Source of the DNA: Octopus vulgaris
Lineage: Eukaryota
NCBI GenBank assembly: GCA_951406725.2
Contig: OX597815.1
Span: 121,520,001 to 121,584,000 of the forward strand
Direction of reading: 5' to 3'
Length of the DNA: 64,000 nucleotides
Shown: positions 37,741 to 51,367 of the stretch, piece after piece
Position numbering within the stretch: position 1 is the first letter of the stretch
Layout of the letters: each line of letters opens with the position of its first letter
Notes under the pieces: model-generated
Database searches by the model: none
Told to the model about the DNA's origin: nothing
What the model saw: the letters and a program-made list of their open reading frames with translations, nothing else
Made by a program: the position numbers and the translations under genes

Positions 37741-38131
37741 CTAGCAGTATCGCCCGACGTCGCTCAGGTTTGTTTCGACCCTTTAGAATTGGAATTTTTG
37801 AAAAGTAAAAGTTTGGCATTATGTAGCTTGTTATTCTCTGTAAGTGAACATTTTTCTGGTTGAAATACACCGAAAAATGGCAACACAGCAGTAAAAAAAA
37901 TGGTAAAAAATAGGGATTTTCATAGAAAAAAAGCACCTTTTTGATGTAAATAATTTTTGGTGTTAACATAGTCCAATTTGAATTTTTTCTTCGACGGAAG
38001 GAAGAGCAAACCTTCTTATATCATACTCTCAATTTTGGTCAACTTGCGTCGCAGGGTCTCGAAGGAGATAGTTAGTTGAAGGCTACCAAACCTGCCACAC
38101 ACAGACAACTTCAGCTTTATATATATATAGA
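37741..38131 (-). mobile_element. complete non-autonomous Helitron (391 bp)
   Basis: Minus strand begins A|TCTATATATA and ends with an imperfect subterminal hairpin (CCTGAGCGACGTCGGGCG) and CTAG|T. These are the canonical TC/CTAG ends in an AT target with no TSD. Confidence 0.8.
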
Positions 38132-38309
38132 TTAGTGATCATACTTTATAACTTATATAAATGTGGAAATCCAAAATCAGAGTTTCTTAAATGTGAGGGA
38201 AAGAAGAGAAAATGAAAAAGTATACAAATAAAATAAACAAACATTTCCAAAAGAAAAGTAAGGTTTTGCTATGGATGAGGTTAGCTAAAAGAAAAAAAAA
38301 ATGTCCATG

Positions 38310-38585
38310 AGACTGCACCTAGGAAGTTACCCTCTAAGGCACAAGTCCAGGCAAGTTTATTTGTGGAAGACCATGCCTCATCTCTCCATGCCACTAATGT
38401 TATCCAGGGGAAAGGCTGATACAGCTTGGCACCACTGACGTCGCAGCTCATTTCTAGAGCTGAGTGAACTGGAACAACGTAAAATAGTGTCTTGCTCAAG
38501 AGCACATCACACAGCCTGGTCTGGGAATTGAACTCACTATCTTATGATTGTGAGCACAACACTCTAACCACTGAACCATATACCT
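38310..38585 (-). mobile_element. tRNA-derived SINE, family C
   Basis: Minus strand: ATGGTTCAGTGGTTAGAGTG (A box), GAGTTCAATTCCC (B box), GTGCTCTTGAGCAAGACAC..CCAGTTCACTCAGCT core. Confidence 0.75.
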
Positions 38586-38939
38586 TCATGTATTATATAG
38601 AGAATAAATAACTCATATTATCCGTTTAAAAACTTAAAACTAAAGAAATTTATTATTTGGTGTCAAAATTTATGTTGCACCAGTTGTGACTTTGTAACTG
38701 ACATGGTTCCCCTGAGTTGCAGCTGAACCAAGTAAGTTTAAGTGAATTTAATAGGTTTTTGTGTGGTTTTGAATGACTAATGTGTCCTCTATGCTGTAAT
38801 TGTTTTTAGTTTCAGTTCATGGTCTCTCATCAAATCACTTGCCAGACAAGTACATCTCTCAAAAATAACTCATAGATGTAAGACTATTGAAAAATAACAT
38901 ATTTCATGTAAAAGAATTAAATACATGAACTAGATGTAA

Positions 38940-39150
38940 TTATTGCTTTCGAATTTTGGCACTAGGCCAGCAATTTTCAGGGAGGGGATAAGTCGATTAC
39001 ATTGACCTCAGTGCTCAACTGGTATTTATTCTATCGACCCCAAAAGGATGAAAGCCAGAGTTGAGGTCAGTGGAATTTGAATTCAGAACGTAAAGGTAGG
39101 CAAAATGCTCCTAGGCATTTTGCTTTGTGCTAACAACTCTACCAGCTTGC
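38940..39150 (-). mobile_element. SINE family B
   Basis: CAACTGGTATTTATTCTATCGACCCCAAAAGGATGAAAG..GGAATTTGAATTCAGAAC. Confidence 0.8.
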
Positions 39151-39212
39151 TTCTTTCAAACTGGAAATAATTATTAAATGAAGAAAACTAATGCCATGTT
39201 AACACTAATTTA

Positions 39213-40289
39213 ACTAAGAATAGCCTGGGCAAAGTTCAGAGAGCTCCTACCTCTGCTGGTGGCAAAGGGCCTCTCACTCAGAGTAAAAGGTAGACTGTAT
39301 GACGCATGTGTACGAACAGCCATGCTACATGGCAGTAAAACATGGGCCGTGACAGCTGAGGACATGCGTAAGCTAGCAAGGAATGAAGCCAGTATGCTCC
39401 ACTGGACGTGTAATATCAGTGTGCATACTCGACAGAGTGTAAGTACCTTGAGAGAACAGTTAGACCTGAGAAGCATCAGATGTGGCATGCAAGAGAGATG
39501 ACTGCGCTGGTATGGTCATGTGGCGAGAATGGATGAGGATAGATGTGTAAAAAAGTGCCACACCCTAGCAGTTGAGGGAACCTGTGGAAGAGGTAGACCC
39601 AGGAAGACCTGGGATGAGGTGGTGAAGCACGACCTTCAAACATTAGTCTTTACTGAGGCAACGACTAGTGACCAAGACCTTTGGAAATATGCTGTGCGTG
39701 AGAAAACCCGGCAAGCCAAGTGAGGCCATAACCTGTGGCCTATGCCAGGGGTGTAACCAGCCCACTTATGCATACCTTTCCTTCATTGAACACTAAACTC
39801 TGCTTGCGAAGACCTGTTGAGGCAAGTGAAATCAAAATCAAATTCGATGACTAGCATCTGTGCTAGTGGAGTGCTAAGAGCATCATCCGAGCATGATCGT
39901 TTCCAGAGCAGCTGACTGGCTTTCATATCGGTGACATGTAAAAAGCACCATTCAAGTGTGATTGTTACCAGTGTTGCCTTACTGGCATGTGAAAAAACAT
40001 TTGAACAAGGTCATTGCCAGTGCCGCCGGACTGGTTCCTTTGCAGGTGGCATGTAAAAAACACCATTTGAGCATGACCGTTGCCAGTACCGCCTGATTGG
40101 CCCTCATGCCAGTGGCACGTAAAAGCACTCACTACACTCTCGGAGTGGTTGGCGTTAGGAAGAGCATCCAGCCGTAGAAACTCTGCTAGATTAGATTGGA
40201 GCCTGGTACAGCCATCTGGTTTGCCAGTCCTCAGTCAGATCGTCCAAACCATGCCAGCATGGAAAGTGGACGTTAAATGATGATGATGC
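39213..40289 (+). mobile_element. 5'-truncated RTE LINE (ORF C-terminus, 3' UTR and GAT tail)
   Basis: ORFs 39259-39501 and 39520-39723: KGRLYDACVRTAMLHGSKTW...LRWYGHVARM...RGRPRKTW; ends GGACGTTAAATGATGATGATG. Confidence 0.93.
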
Positions 40290-42349
40290 TAGTGCATTAA
40301 TATGTTACAAATAAAAATCATCTAGTATGGAAGCAGTTCCATGTTTATAATACCAAGAGAGATGATTCATGGCTGATTTGATTCTGGTTTCCTCAGATTT
40401 TAGCAAGAATTATGTAATAAGTAAACAAAATGGAAATTAAACTTGTGAATTCTATGCATCTTCTTCCTTATTCCTTAATTTCAAATTCAAGTTTCTAATC
40501 CCTCCTCATATTATGAAGAAACAGACATCTCCCTTGTAATAGTTTCCTTCATTAGGGGAAAACCAATGCATAATTATTGGTTATTACAAATATTAAAAAA
40601 AACTAGTTAATTTAGATTTGATTTAAGGGGAATTATAATTTACACGTCACAGTAATTTGAATTTTAACTGTAAACTAAATCTAATGATTAATAAAGTAAT
40701 TTATTCATTATTTAGTGAAAATATTTTAAGGGATATTTTAATCTTTAAGAGCTCCAGATTGTGTTATTGAGAGATTTCGCTTCTCAATTTTATGTTGTTT
40801 TATTCCTCTTATTTTTTAGAGATTGGAAGAAAATAATTTTAATATCCAAACCAATGTTCTAAGTAGAACTAGCTTTAGCTGATTTTTAATTATTGATTAA
40901 CTGAGTTTGTATTCTATCATCTCCTAAAGATTATATCTATGTCAATGATTAAAAAAATATCATAGCTGATAAATGTCTAAATCATGTTTTAAAACACTAA
41001 AACAACTGTAAATGCATATTGATATTATTATTATCATAAGAGCTTCCATAATTGAGTGTTAGCTATATGTACCCAAAGAGTTAAATATAGAATGGACTGT
41101 TACATACAAGCCATCTCATACATCCAAATTCACAAGACAAGTCCAGATCCCATGGTAAGGTTTACCGATTTGACTTAATAATGAAACAGTTTCTCATTTT
41201 TCCCTCACCACACACAAAGAACTTGATTTGAGAAATTAAAGTAATGAAACACTAGTTAATTATCCATTGTTCCTATTCTTTATAGTGATGTGCTGTACTA
41301 AATCTTGCTGCCACCTAATTACAGATAAATGAAAGCCAAAATGGCATGCGTGGACATCAGTCTGAGATTGTTAGCTTCCAATAACAAAGGATTCAAACTG
41401 TGACAACTGATCTAACTCATGCCAACATGGAAAGTAGACACAAAATGCTGGTGATAATAACAATGAAGATTTGAACCAACAATAGTTGTGTTAGCCATAT
41501 ATATAATGCAGTGCTGCTGTTAGGCTCTGGAGTCTAACACTCTATCAAAGGAACTAGTTGTTACAGTGCACATCAGTGTTTATATCATTGATATTTGTTG
41601 AATTTGAAATTCATAATATTGGTAACAATGGTTTACAGTGTTTATTCAACTAACTTGTGACTCACAAATCAATGAATAAAGTGCATTTATTTATTTATAG
41701 TCAGTATTTTTGAATACACAAGAAACTGAGATTTTTGTAAGCTATGAAAGAATATCAGTATAATGATGTTCTTTGTAAGCTAAATGTAAATCTGTACTTC
41801 ACTTGTAATGGAAAGGTCAGCACTGCAACCTACTGCATTAAAAATTTGTTGCTGACATAAGGAACCTCAAGTTTCTTAGGAGGTGATAAATTGTGGCATT
41901 TACATCTTTCACAAATGCTCTAGCAACATTAATGAAACAATTGCCTTACTATAGCACCTGCCACTTGCAATAATAATAAATCCTATGATAGATAATTACT
42001 CACTTAATTAGTATTGAAGCTAAATTCCATGATAACTGCCGGTTACAATGATAGGGATGCAGATTTTACTTATAAGAAGGCATTAAGAATATATCATTGA
42101 AATCATTATCTCCATGATAGCATTAATCAGATCTTCAATTAGACTGTACAGTCCACAACCTTTGATTGCATATCCTCATCTCTACTGTGCAATTTAGTTC
42201 CTATATTGGTTCTCATTATCCAATATCAATTTGATTCCAATATTTCCATATGTGCAATCTAACATACTCCTTTCTCCATTACATAGTTATTCATATCATG
42301 AATTCCTCTATTTGCAAAAACACTTCCTTTGTCTCTTATAAGAGATTGT

Positions 42350-42660
42350 GCTCATGCTGGAGCATTGCTTTCTGGGATTAGTTGAACATATCAAATTCAG
42401 TACTTATTTTATATGTCTGGTACTTATTCTTATCATTCTCTTTTGCTAAATTATGGGGCTGTGAACAAAACCAGCAATGGTTATGAAGCAGCATACACAT
42501 ATGCACTCACACACACACACACACACACACACAAGCTTCCACACAGTTTCTATCTCCAAGTTCACTTGCAAAGCTTAGTCAGCATGGGGCTAGTAGAAGA
42601 CACTTGCCCAAAATGCTGCACAGTGAAATTGAAACCATATAGTTGCAAAGTTAATTTCAA
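42350..42660 (-). mobile_element. decayed SINE family A
   Basis: CATGCTGGAGCATTGC...(CA)n...GTAGAAGACACTTGCCCAA. Confidence 0.7.
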
Positions 42661-44004
42661 CCAAATTTCTACCCATTTTCAATTTTATACTCCATGATAT
42701 GACTTACTCTCTTTTCAGTAAGCATTAAAAAAAAGTTTGAATAAAAGAATATTTGTTATTTTCAACAAATTAGCTCCTTTAGTTTCTTGTACCTATTTTA
42801 CTCAACTGGACCCCCTTAGCTATTTGATGTTTAAAAAATTCTATTATATTTATATAATTAAGAAATTATTAGGAATTGTATAAAAAATTGTCAAAATATT
42901 TTGTCTATTGTAGAAGTATAACCAATTTATTGCAGATAAATTTTAGCAATAAAATCTTATATGAGCCCCTAAATGTCATATGAGCCCTGGTTGAAAATCA
43001 CTGATTTAAACAGTTCTCAGTTTGAGTCTTCTACATTACAACTCTTCTGTAATGACATGGCAAATCAGGGCAAATATGCATGGTCTATGATTAGATTTGA
43101 TGGACATTTGTAATGAATCTTGAGTATGTTTCTACCTGCTTTCTCAAGTACAGAATTAATAAAGTACAGAATGCACAATATCCCTCAAAGTTAGGCCTAA
43201 TGCCTATGAAATTTGAGTTGTTTATCATAAAGTACATCTCATGCATTTGTCATTTTAGAAGCATGTTATTTGGTGTTGCATGATTTTGTAAGAAGCCCAA
43301 CTTGTATTATTTTCATCTTTAATCTGCACAAGCTTTTCTTAAATGTGTATCTTCACACTTAACATGTTAGCTTCGGCCTTCTGTAACTTCATTCCTTTTT
43401 CATTTGCAACAGTTACCAATACTCAGTTTTGAGAAACATTTTCTGCTTAATCAGTATAATTAGATGATAAAGCAGCCATTTGTTTAGTTGCTTTCTCTAT
43501 TTCATACTATCCATAAATGTTCTGTCATCTTTCCTAATTTCATTTTTTAATTTCTTTACTCACTCACAATCAAGCTAACTTTTGTGTTATCCACATTCTA
43601 CTGAAGCAATCTCATAGTAAAGCTTCAGTGTTTAATTCTCATTCATTGTGTTATCTTTCCATCACTACTTCACAAATCTTTTCATTTTCCCCTCTCACCA
43701 CTAATTTCCAAAGATTAACTTCTCTTTAAACTCTCTGATTTCCCCATTTCACAGTTGACTGAAGAATTGATTGACTGGCTTCCATAAGTCTTTTACTAAA
43801 TGGTAAATCATTTACAGCTCTCCAACTAACTCTAGGAGACCTGCATGGTTTTCATCTTTTATTTTTTATTATTTATTTTTTGTTCCGTGTCCATAGGGTC
43901 CATATATTTCAGTGTAGTCATGCTACTTTTGAACACCATAGCCATTGTGGTCCCCTTCCAATGTTTATGCTATATATCTTTGAATTGTTTCTTATAAAAA
44001 GTGT

Positions 44005-44476
44005 TCAGGCGTGGGTATGTGTTATGCAGTTTGTTTCTCAACCTCATGGTTCCGGGTCCAGTCTCACTGTACAGCACTTTGAACAAGTGTCTTTTATTAT
44101 AGCCTCGAGTTGACCAAAGCCTTATGGGTGGATTTGGTATATGGAAACTGAAAGAAGCTCATCAAATGTATGTGTATGTGTGTGTATTTTTAATGCGTGT
44201 GTGTATGTTTCCCTACCTGTTGACAATGACAGCTACTACTGGTTTGATCATGTCCCTCTAACTTAGTGGTTTGGTAAAAGAGAACTTTTGCCAAACCACT
44301 AAGTTACAGGAACATAATCAAACCAGTAGTAGCTGTCATTGTCAACAGGTAGGGAAACACACACACACACACACACACACACGTACTTGGGTTGATTAAT
44401 TCAACTAAAACCTTTTAAGGTGTTGCCCCAGCATGACTGCAGTCCAATGACTGAAACAAGTAAATGATAAAAGATA
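44005..44476 (+). mobile_element. SINE family A with an internal inverted duplication
   Basis: Head CATGGTTCCGGGTCCAGTC; end CAGTCCAATGACTGAAACAAGTAAA; hairpin at 44197-44370. Confidence 0.85.
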
Positions 44477-45024
44477 ACGTGAAACTTTACTAATTTCACT
44501 TTTGAATACTAAATAATTTATGCAATATTATTCCTTCATACACGAAGTATATCTGTTATATTTTATCTCTTTGTTATCATTTTGCCTTCAACTCATTTTC
44601 TGTAGATAACTGTGCTTGATAACAGTTACAAACAATGTGACAAATAAACTTTAAAATATTTTAAAGGTAAAAATTCAAATCTAGTAAAGCGCCATATCTG
44701 AAATTTGAAGTGATATAGTCACTGTCATAAATTTTGGGTAAACCTGTACATCTTCCTTTTGCTAACTATTCAATTTTTAAATGTTTCTGACAAAGATTCA
44801 GTATAGTGTGTAAATTCAGAAATCATGGAAGGGATATAAGAAGATATCTTGCAGAGAATCAATTAATCAATGTTTCAAACAAATTTTAAGTTTATAGATT
44901 TAAATGGAGTCACTCAAATCTTTTGAATAGAGATTTTGCATACAAGTTGGCAAAAATATCACTTAGATGTAAACACGAATGACTCAGTTACAAGCAGATC
45001 TTTGCAGGGCTTCTGAGGAATCCC

Positions 45025-45069
<45 letters not shown>

Positions 45070-45072
<3 letters not shown>

Positions 45073-46177
45073 GTTAAGGCAGCTGCACCACTGGTAATAT
45101 ATATATATATATATATATATATTCCTGGCAAGGTAGCTGCAGGAGCAGTATTTAGCCAAAAATAAACCTCTGTACTTGGCTTTTGTTGACATGAAGAAAA
45201 ACTTTGACAGGGTTCCCTCCACTCTTATCTGGAGGTCAATGCAGAAACTAGGGATAGATGGTTGGTGAGAGCTGTACAAGCCATGTGTAGGGATGCTGTC
45301 AGTAAGGTGAGAGGGTTGGCTATGAGTAAAGTGTACAAGTAGTTCACCAAGGATTGGTCCTCAGCCCTCTCTTGTTCATTATAGTCCTCCAGGCAGTAAG
45401 ACAGGAATTTAAGTTGGGCTGCTCCTGTATGTTCCTTTATACTGATGATCTTGTTTTTATAGCTGAATTGTTCCCAGAATCGAAGAAAAAATTTCAGGCA
45501 TGGAACCAAGATCTAAAATTAAAGGGCCTCAGAGTTGATTTAGCGAAAAGCAGTCTTAGTAAGTAGGAAAGCAGACAAATCACAAATCCTTTCGGGTAGA
45601 TGGCCCTACTTGATATGTAGAAAAGGTATTGGTAAAAATTCTGTTAGGTGTATCTGATGCAAGCTATGGACACATAAGAAGTGTAGCAATAACAGAGGAA
45701 GGTTAACAGGGAAAATAGTCTTTGTGTGTGGCAGATGTACAGGTACAATAAACACTAGAAATATGAAGAAAATAGACTCCATCAAATGTCATCAGAGACA
45801 CCTAGAAGTAGTTGATAGGTTTTGTGATCTAGATGACCAAGTCAGCATGGAAAACAGATGCTAGATGATGATGATGATGATGTGTAGATATGTACCAGTG
45901 ACACATAACAGGCACCCATGTTGGTGACATGTAAAAGCACCTGTACCTGTGACATGTAGAAGCAGCCATGCTGGTGACACGTAAAAGCACCTGTACTGAT
46001 GGCACATAAAAGTCACTCATTACACTCTTTGAGTGGTTGGCGTTAGGAAGGGCATCCAGTCATAGAAACCATGCCAGATGAGACTGGAATGTGGTACAGC
46101 TCTCCAGCTTACCAGTTCCAGTCAAATCGTCTAACCCATGCCAGCATGGACAACGGACATTAAATAATGATGATGAT
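45070..46177 (+). mobile_element. RTE LINE RT-domain fragment (~45070-45848) joined to a 3' tail fragment
   Basis: LYLAFVDMKKNFDRVP, HQGLVLSPLLFIIVL, LYTDDLV (YADD-like) and KGLRVD; tail GGACATTAAATAATGATGATG. Confidence 0.88.
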
Positions 46178-46316
46178 GTGTTGATAAATAGGTCACCAGA
46201 ACTAGTGATGGTTGTTTCATAACTTGCAATGCTAAGGTCCTAAAGTGACCCTCAGTTATAGGGGCCATTTTAGGAAGTTAGCCTTGCAAGTTACTGAGCA
46301 ATATTCACTAGTACAG

Positions 46317-46535
46317 AGGCAGCAAACTGGTAGAAACGTTAGCATACCAGGCGAAATGCTTAGTGGTATTTTGTCTGTCTTTACATTCTGAGTTCAAATT
46401 CCACTGAGGTCGACTTTGCCTTTCATCCTTTTAGGGGTTGATAAATTAAGTACCAGTTGCATACTGAGGTCGATCTAATTGATTGGCCCCCTCCCCCAAA
46501 ATTTTGAGCTTCGTGCCTAGCCTAGAGTAGAAAAG
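46317..46535 (+). mobile_element. full-length SINE family B with a 17-bp TSD
   Basis: AATATTCACTAGTACAG at 46300-46316 and 46536-46552; B box GAGTTCAAATTCC. Confidence 0.92.
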
Positions 46536-47514
46536 AATATTCACTAGTACAGGTGACAGAAAAGAAGCAACCAGTTCACTGTGTAAATTGGTTGGCATTA
46601 TGAGGGAAATTCAGTTGTAGAAACCCAGCCAAAATAGACATTGGTGCATAACACAGTCCTGTCAGTCAAACCATCCAGCTCATACCAGCATAGAAGCCAG
46701 ACATTACATGATGATGATATGTGTGTGTTTGTGTATGTGTTGTATGATAGTGCATTATATAGTTTTAATATGTGCACTTCATTTTTTGTGAGTATTCTTC
46801 CTATATGCTTCTATATTCCAGTTCTTGCATGCAGCACACTCATCCAGCCAATTGCTAATGTTTCTTTAAGAATTCCTAAATAAATATTGTCTGTGAAAAA
46901 ATGTTGAGATTTTCTCATGATAACACAGCACTCATTGACACTATCTCTTGTGTGCACAACCAGCATGTGCTTGTTTAATGTTGTTATTGCTATTGTCTAA
47001 CGAATTTAGGTGACCTGTGAAGCTTGGTGTTACATCTTGTTCCACACTCCCAAATAAGTTTAAATCAAAGCAACAACAAGAAGAAAGGCCCCCAAAATTT
47101 TAAGATTAACATATTTTTTAATGATGTCACACATAAGGATGCTCTAAATCATGTGACCGAAGACACTTGTTTCAAAACTATTGACTATATGAATTTAGCA
47201 ATGAAAGTACTGGATTAAGTAATTAAGATAAATTATGAAGTGATAGAGTATTAATAGCTAAAACTCGTGTGCACACGCAAACACGCACGCACGCACGCAC
47301 ACACACTAAACTGAAAGAAACCCATCATCACTAAATGATGATGATGATGACAAGCTCACATGGTTACAAGGCAATCTTCTTTACCACACAACCAAGCCTG
47401 CAAACTCCCGAAGCTAGTAATTATATTTTAGTTATTACCCCAAAACCCTATAAAGATAACGAAACACCCACATTTTTGTGAGTGATACCAAACACAATAT
47501 TGCAATGTCAACAT

Positions 47515-47920
47515 ATCTTTTATCTTTTACTTGTTTCGGTCATTAGGCTATGGCCATTCTGGGGCAATCTTGAAGAATTTTGGTTGAATGAATCAACCCT
47601 ACTACTTTTATTTTTTTATGTTTGGTACTTATTTTATCTGTGTCTTTTGCTAAACTGCTAAGTTATTGGGATGTAAACACACCAGCACTGGTTGTCAAGC
47701 AGTGGTAGAGGACAAACAAACAAAAAGACACACACACACACACATATATGTGTATATATTATAGGCTTCTTTCAGTTCCCATCTACCATATACACTCACT
47801 AGGCTTTGGTCAGCCCAAAGCTATAGTTGAAGACACTTGCCCCAAGTGCCACGCAGTGGGACTGAACCCAGAAACATGTGGTTGGAAAGCAATCTTCTTA
47901 CCACCTAGCCACTCCTGCAA
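47515..47920 (-). mobile_element. SINE family A
   Basis: CTTTTATCTTTTACTTGTTTCGGTC...GAAGACACTTGCCCAAGTGCCACGCAGTGGGACTGAACCC. Confidence 0.88.
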
Positions 47921-48789
47921 CTATATCACATTTTGTAATGTTTTTCTTGTAGTTTTTTTTCTTTCCAAATGCTCTAACCATTATCAAGAATTATCTGAAT
48001 TTTAGGATATTATCCTCTGTCTTCCTCTCACCTTTGCTTCTCATTGTTTTCTTTTCTGTCTCCCAAGATCATAATTACAATTACTTGCATAAAATTCTAA
48101 AATCAGAATTTGAAAAAAAAAAAAATGATTATTAACCTTTAATATCTTGTTTTTTCCCTTTTGGTACCAATCTTTCTGACGCCACCTTTAGTTCTACGAT
48201 ACAAAAAGTTCTCACTTTAGAGTGTTTTCTTTGAAATTAAAACCTTCCATCATAATTAATGTAATAACCTCTTGTTATGGTTTATGCAGCAGCTCAATAA
48301 TGAAAAATTTTGTTACTTCACTAAATCCCACTTCAAATCTTCATTATTTTAAAATTAATTGTGTGTATGAGGACAAAAGGTTTTTGATCATTTTAGTTAT
48401 TAGGGCTCAATTCATAAGATTTTATGTACTGCATTTCAAAGAGCCTCTTAGAATTCCTGTGCCCTCGAATCACACACTAACTTTTTTTATTTTTTTTTAT
48501 ATATATTGTAAAGAAAGAGACATTGCTTTCGTATTTCGTTTGCATGACTTGAACCAAATCTGAAGTAGAGAGGATGTGCTTTTGATGAGGTCATGGATCG
48601 TGATGAAGGGATTTTTGACAAATTTAGCTGATTGAACGACTGACCAGATGATTAATCAAACAATTGAGTAATTAAATGCTTAAATGATTAATCAGTTGAC
48701 TAATAATAATAATAATAAAAGAAGTGGAGTTGAAACTATGCATGTGTTTAATATTTGTTGACTCTCTCAAGATGCAACAAAAAACATAC

Positions 48790-49025
48790 ATTTATTTCTT
48801 TATTGCCCACAGGGGGCTAAACATAAAGGGGACAAACAAGGATTGACAAAGGAATTAAGTCGATTACATTGACCCTAGTGCATAGGTGGTACTTATTTAA
48901 TCGACCCCGAAAGGATGAAAGGCAAATTCGACCTCGGCAGAATTTGAACTCAGAATATAACAGCAGACGAAATACCACTAAGCATTTCACCCGGAGTGCA
49001 AACAATTCCGCCAGCTTGCCGCCCT
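48790..49025 (-). mobile_element. SINE family B variant with a different 3' module
   Basis: Same head and core (ATCGACCCCGAAAGGATGAAAGGC) but a 3' end TTGTTTGTCCCC..TTTAGCCCCCTGTGGGCAATAAAGAAATAA. Confidence 0.8.
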
Positions 49026-49839
49026 AACAAAAAAACGAAAAACATATATTAGCAATGTAGTAAGGAACTCTAAAAATACTCTGTTACCCCAATCCTAGCA
49101 ACTAATACTTATGTTGCCATGTAAAAAATCAAAATCCTATTTGCTACCTGAGAATAAAAGTTTGCTTGTGTATAAAACTTATACTTTTACATTTGGAGAT
49201 GGTCATTTTTTTTTTCTATTATCAATTAATGGCTCTCAGTATATATTTGTTCTTCACTTCAGCTTTGTTATTTTTATTTTAGTGTCCTTTATCTGGAAAT
49301 CTTTCATTACACATCTTGTGACCTCTTGAGTGATTCTCCATCCCATGTGTCTCCTTTTATTCTGTTTAGTTGCTTCTGTCTTTCTGTGATAACAGCTGCC
49401 CATGAAAAATATTACTTTGCTTAGAAACAGATGAGAGTTAGCAGCAGGAAGGGCATCATCTTTATTTAATGTTGAGTTTTCCATACTTGCATGGTTCAAA
49501 TGGAATTTGTTGTGGCAAATTTTCTTTAACTGGATGCCCTTCCTGTCACCAACCCTCACTTGAATCCAAACTCAATATTTCCCATGGCCAAATATGTTTC
49601 TTACGGAACACTACATAAGACTATATCCATACTATTAGTATAATAGTGCAATTCTCAATTGGAGTTCATATAAAAAGGTGGGTTGGTCATGGATGGAATA
49701 CATTTGATTACTCTGCTTGATCAAGGTTGGGCTGGGGGTTGAATCATAAGAACAGCTGTTTACTATCTGTTAATCATTATCTCTCTTTACCCCTTCAAAA
49801 TCTCCTTATGACATCCTGTGGATGGTTATACAAGGATAA

Positions 49840-51010
49840 TAATAATAATAATGATAATAATAATAATGGTTTCGAATTTTGGCACAGAGCCAGCAGTTTT
49901 TGAGGGGAGGGGGAAGTTAATTACATCAACCCGAGTGCATAGCTTGTACTTATTTTATCAATTCCAAAAGGATGAAAGGCAAAATCGACTTTGGCAGCAT
50001 TTGAACTCAGAACATAGAGATGGATGAAATGCTGCTAAGCATAATAATAATAATAATAGTTTCAAATTTTGGCTGAAGTTTAGTAATTTTTAGGGAAAGG
50101 AATAAGTCAGTTACATCAATCTTAGTATTTAACTGATATTTTTTTTATTGACCCCAAGGGATCTCAGTGGAATTTAGGCTCGAAATGTTAAGAGCCAGAA
50201 GAGGTGTCACTAAGCGTTTTCATTAACTCACTATTGATTCTGTCAGCCTGCCGCCTTAATAAAAGTATAATAATAATAATTATAATAATCCTTTCTACTA
50301 TGGGCACAAGGCCTGAAATTTGTGGGAGGGGGATAGTCGAAAGGATGAATGGTAAAGTCGACCTCGGTGGAATTTGAACTCAGAACGTAAAGACAGATGA
50401 AATGCCACTAAGCATTTTGCCCAGCACGCTAGCAATTCTGCCAGCTTGCCACCTGAAACAGTAATAATAATGAGAGTAACTGTTATCTCAGTAGTTGTAA
50501 GAGCACTTGGAGCACTAATAACCAGGTTCAAGAAGCATGTTAGAGAAATTTGATTGAATTGACATGAGAGCAGAGCAGGCCCCAAAACTGCTCTGTTGGG
50601 GACTGCTAGGATTTTGAGATTGGTGCTTAGGTGCTGAGTATCTTCCATGATAGTTAACATACAAGTGCCAAAGCTTATAATTTGCAGAAAGAGACCCTGT
50701 GAGAAGTCTGACAACAGGTTGCTGTCCACTCTCACAGAATTAACGAGAGCAGCTAAGACCAAGCACTCTGAGAAGTGAAATAATGATAATAATCCTTTCT
50801 ATTATAAGCACAAAGCCTGAGACTTTAAGGGAGGGGTTACGTCAGTTACATCGACCCCTGTGCTCAGCTGGTACCTATTTTATCATTCCTGAAAGGATTA
50901 AAAGCAAAGTCAACTATGGTGGAATTTGAATGTAAAGATAGACAAACTGTCACTAAGCATTTTACCCTCTGTGCTAACGATTCAACCAGATCACTGCCTT
51001 AATCTTTATA
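49840..51010 (-). mobile_element. cluster of four co-oriented SINE B copies separated by (AAT)n
   Basis: Copies at ~49862-50040, 50055-50258, 50285-50453 and 50790-51000. Confidence 0.85.
50465..50790 (+). mobile_element. R4/Dong-clade (RLE) non-LTR 3' fragment in a (TAA)n tract
   Basis: VTVISVVVRALGAL..FKKHV..[frameshift]..KTALLGTARILRLVL* matches the R4/Dong C-terminal V.P.V.GALG...QK.ALLGTA.ILR..L motif; flanked by AATAAT. Confidence 0.7.
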
Positions 51011-51367
51011 ATAATAATCGCAGCTCATTGCTACAAGACATAACTAATCAATGTCATAGAAGTTTTGCACGAACCAATCCACTGTTATTTCCAAGCAATA
51101 CAAGACAGTATTATATACCTTAAAATATACTAAACAAACTCAGTTCAATTAAATTTATGGCCATTTTATACAAATGCACAGAAAATAAATTATAGACAAT
51201 GTTGCAGGAACAGCAGAAATCAATAACAATAATTAATACAAACTAAACAACAATGATAATATAAATTACACCACAGCACAGTAATAAATCTGTTAATTAT
51301 GATAGTCATGAAATATACTTAATTATATTGCTAAATTATAAGTGCAAACTGATGCTGGTATATATGT

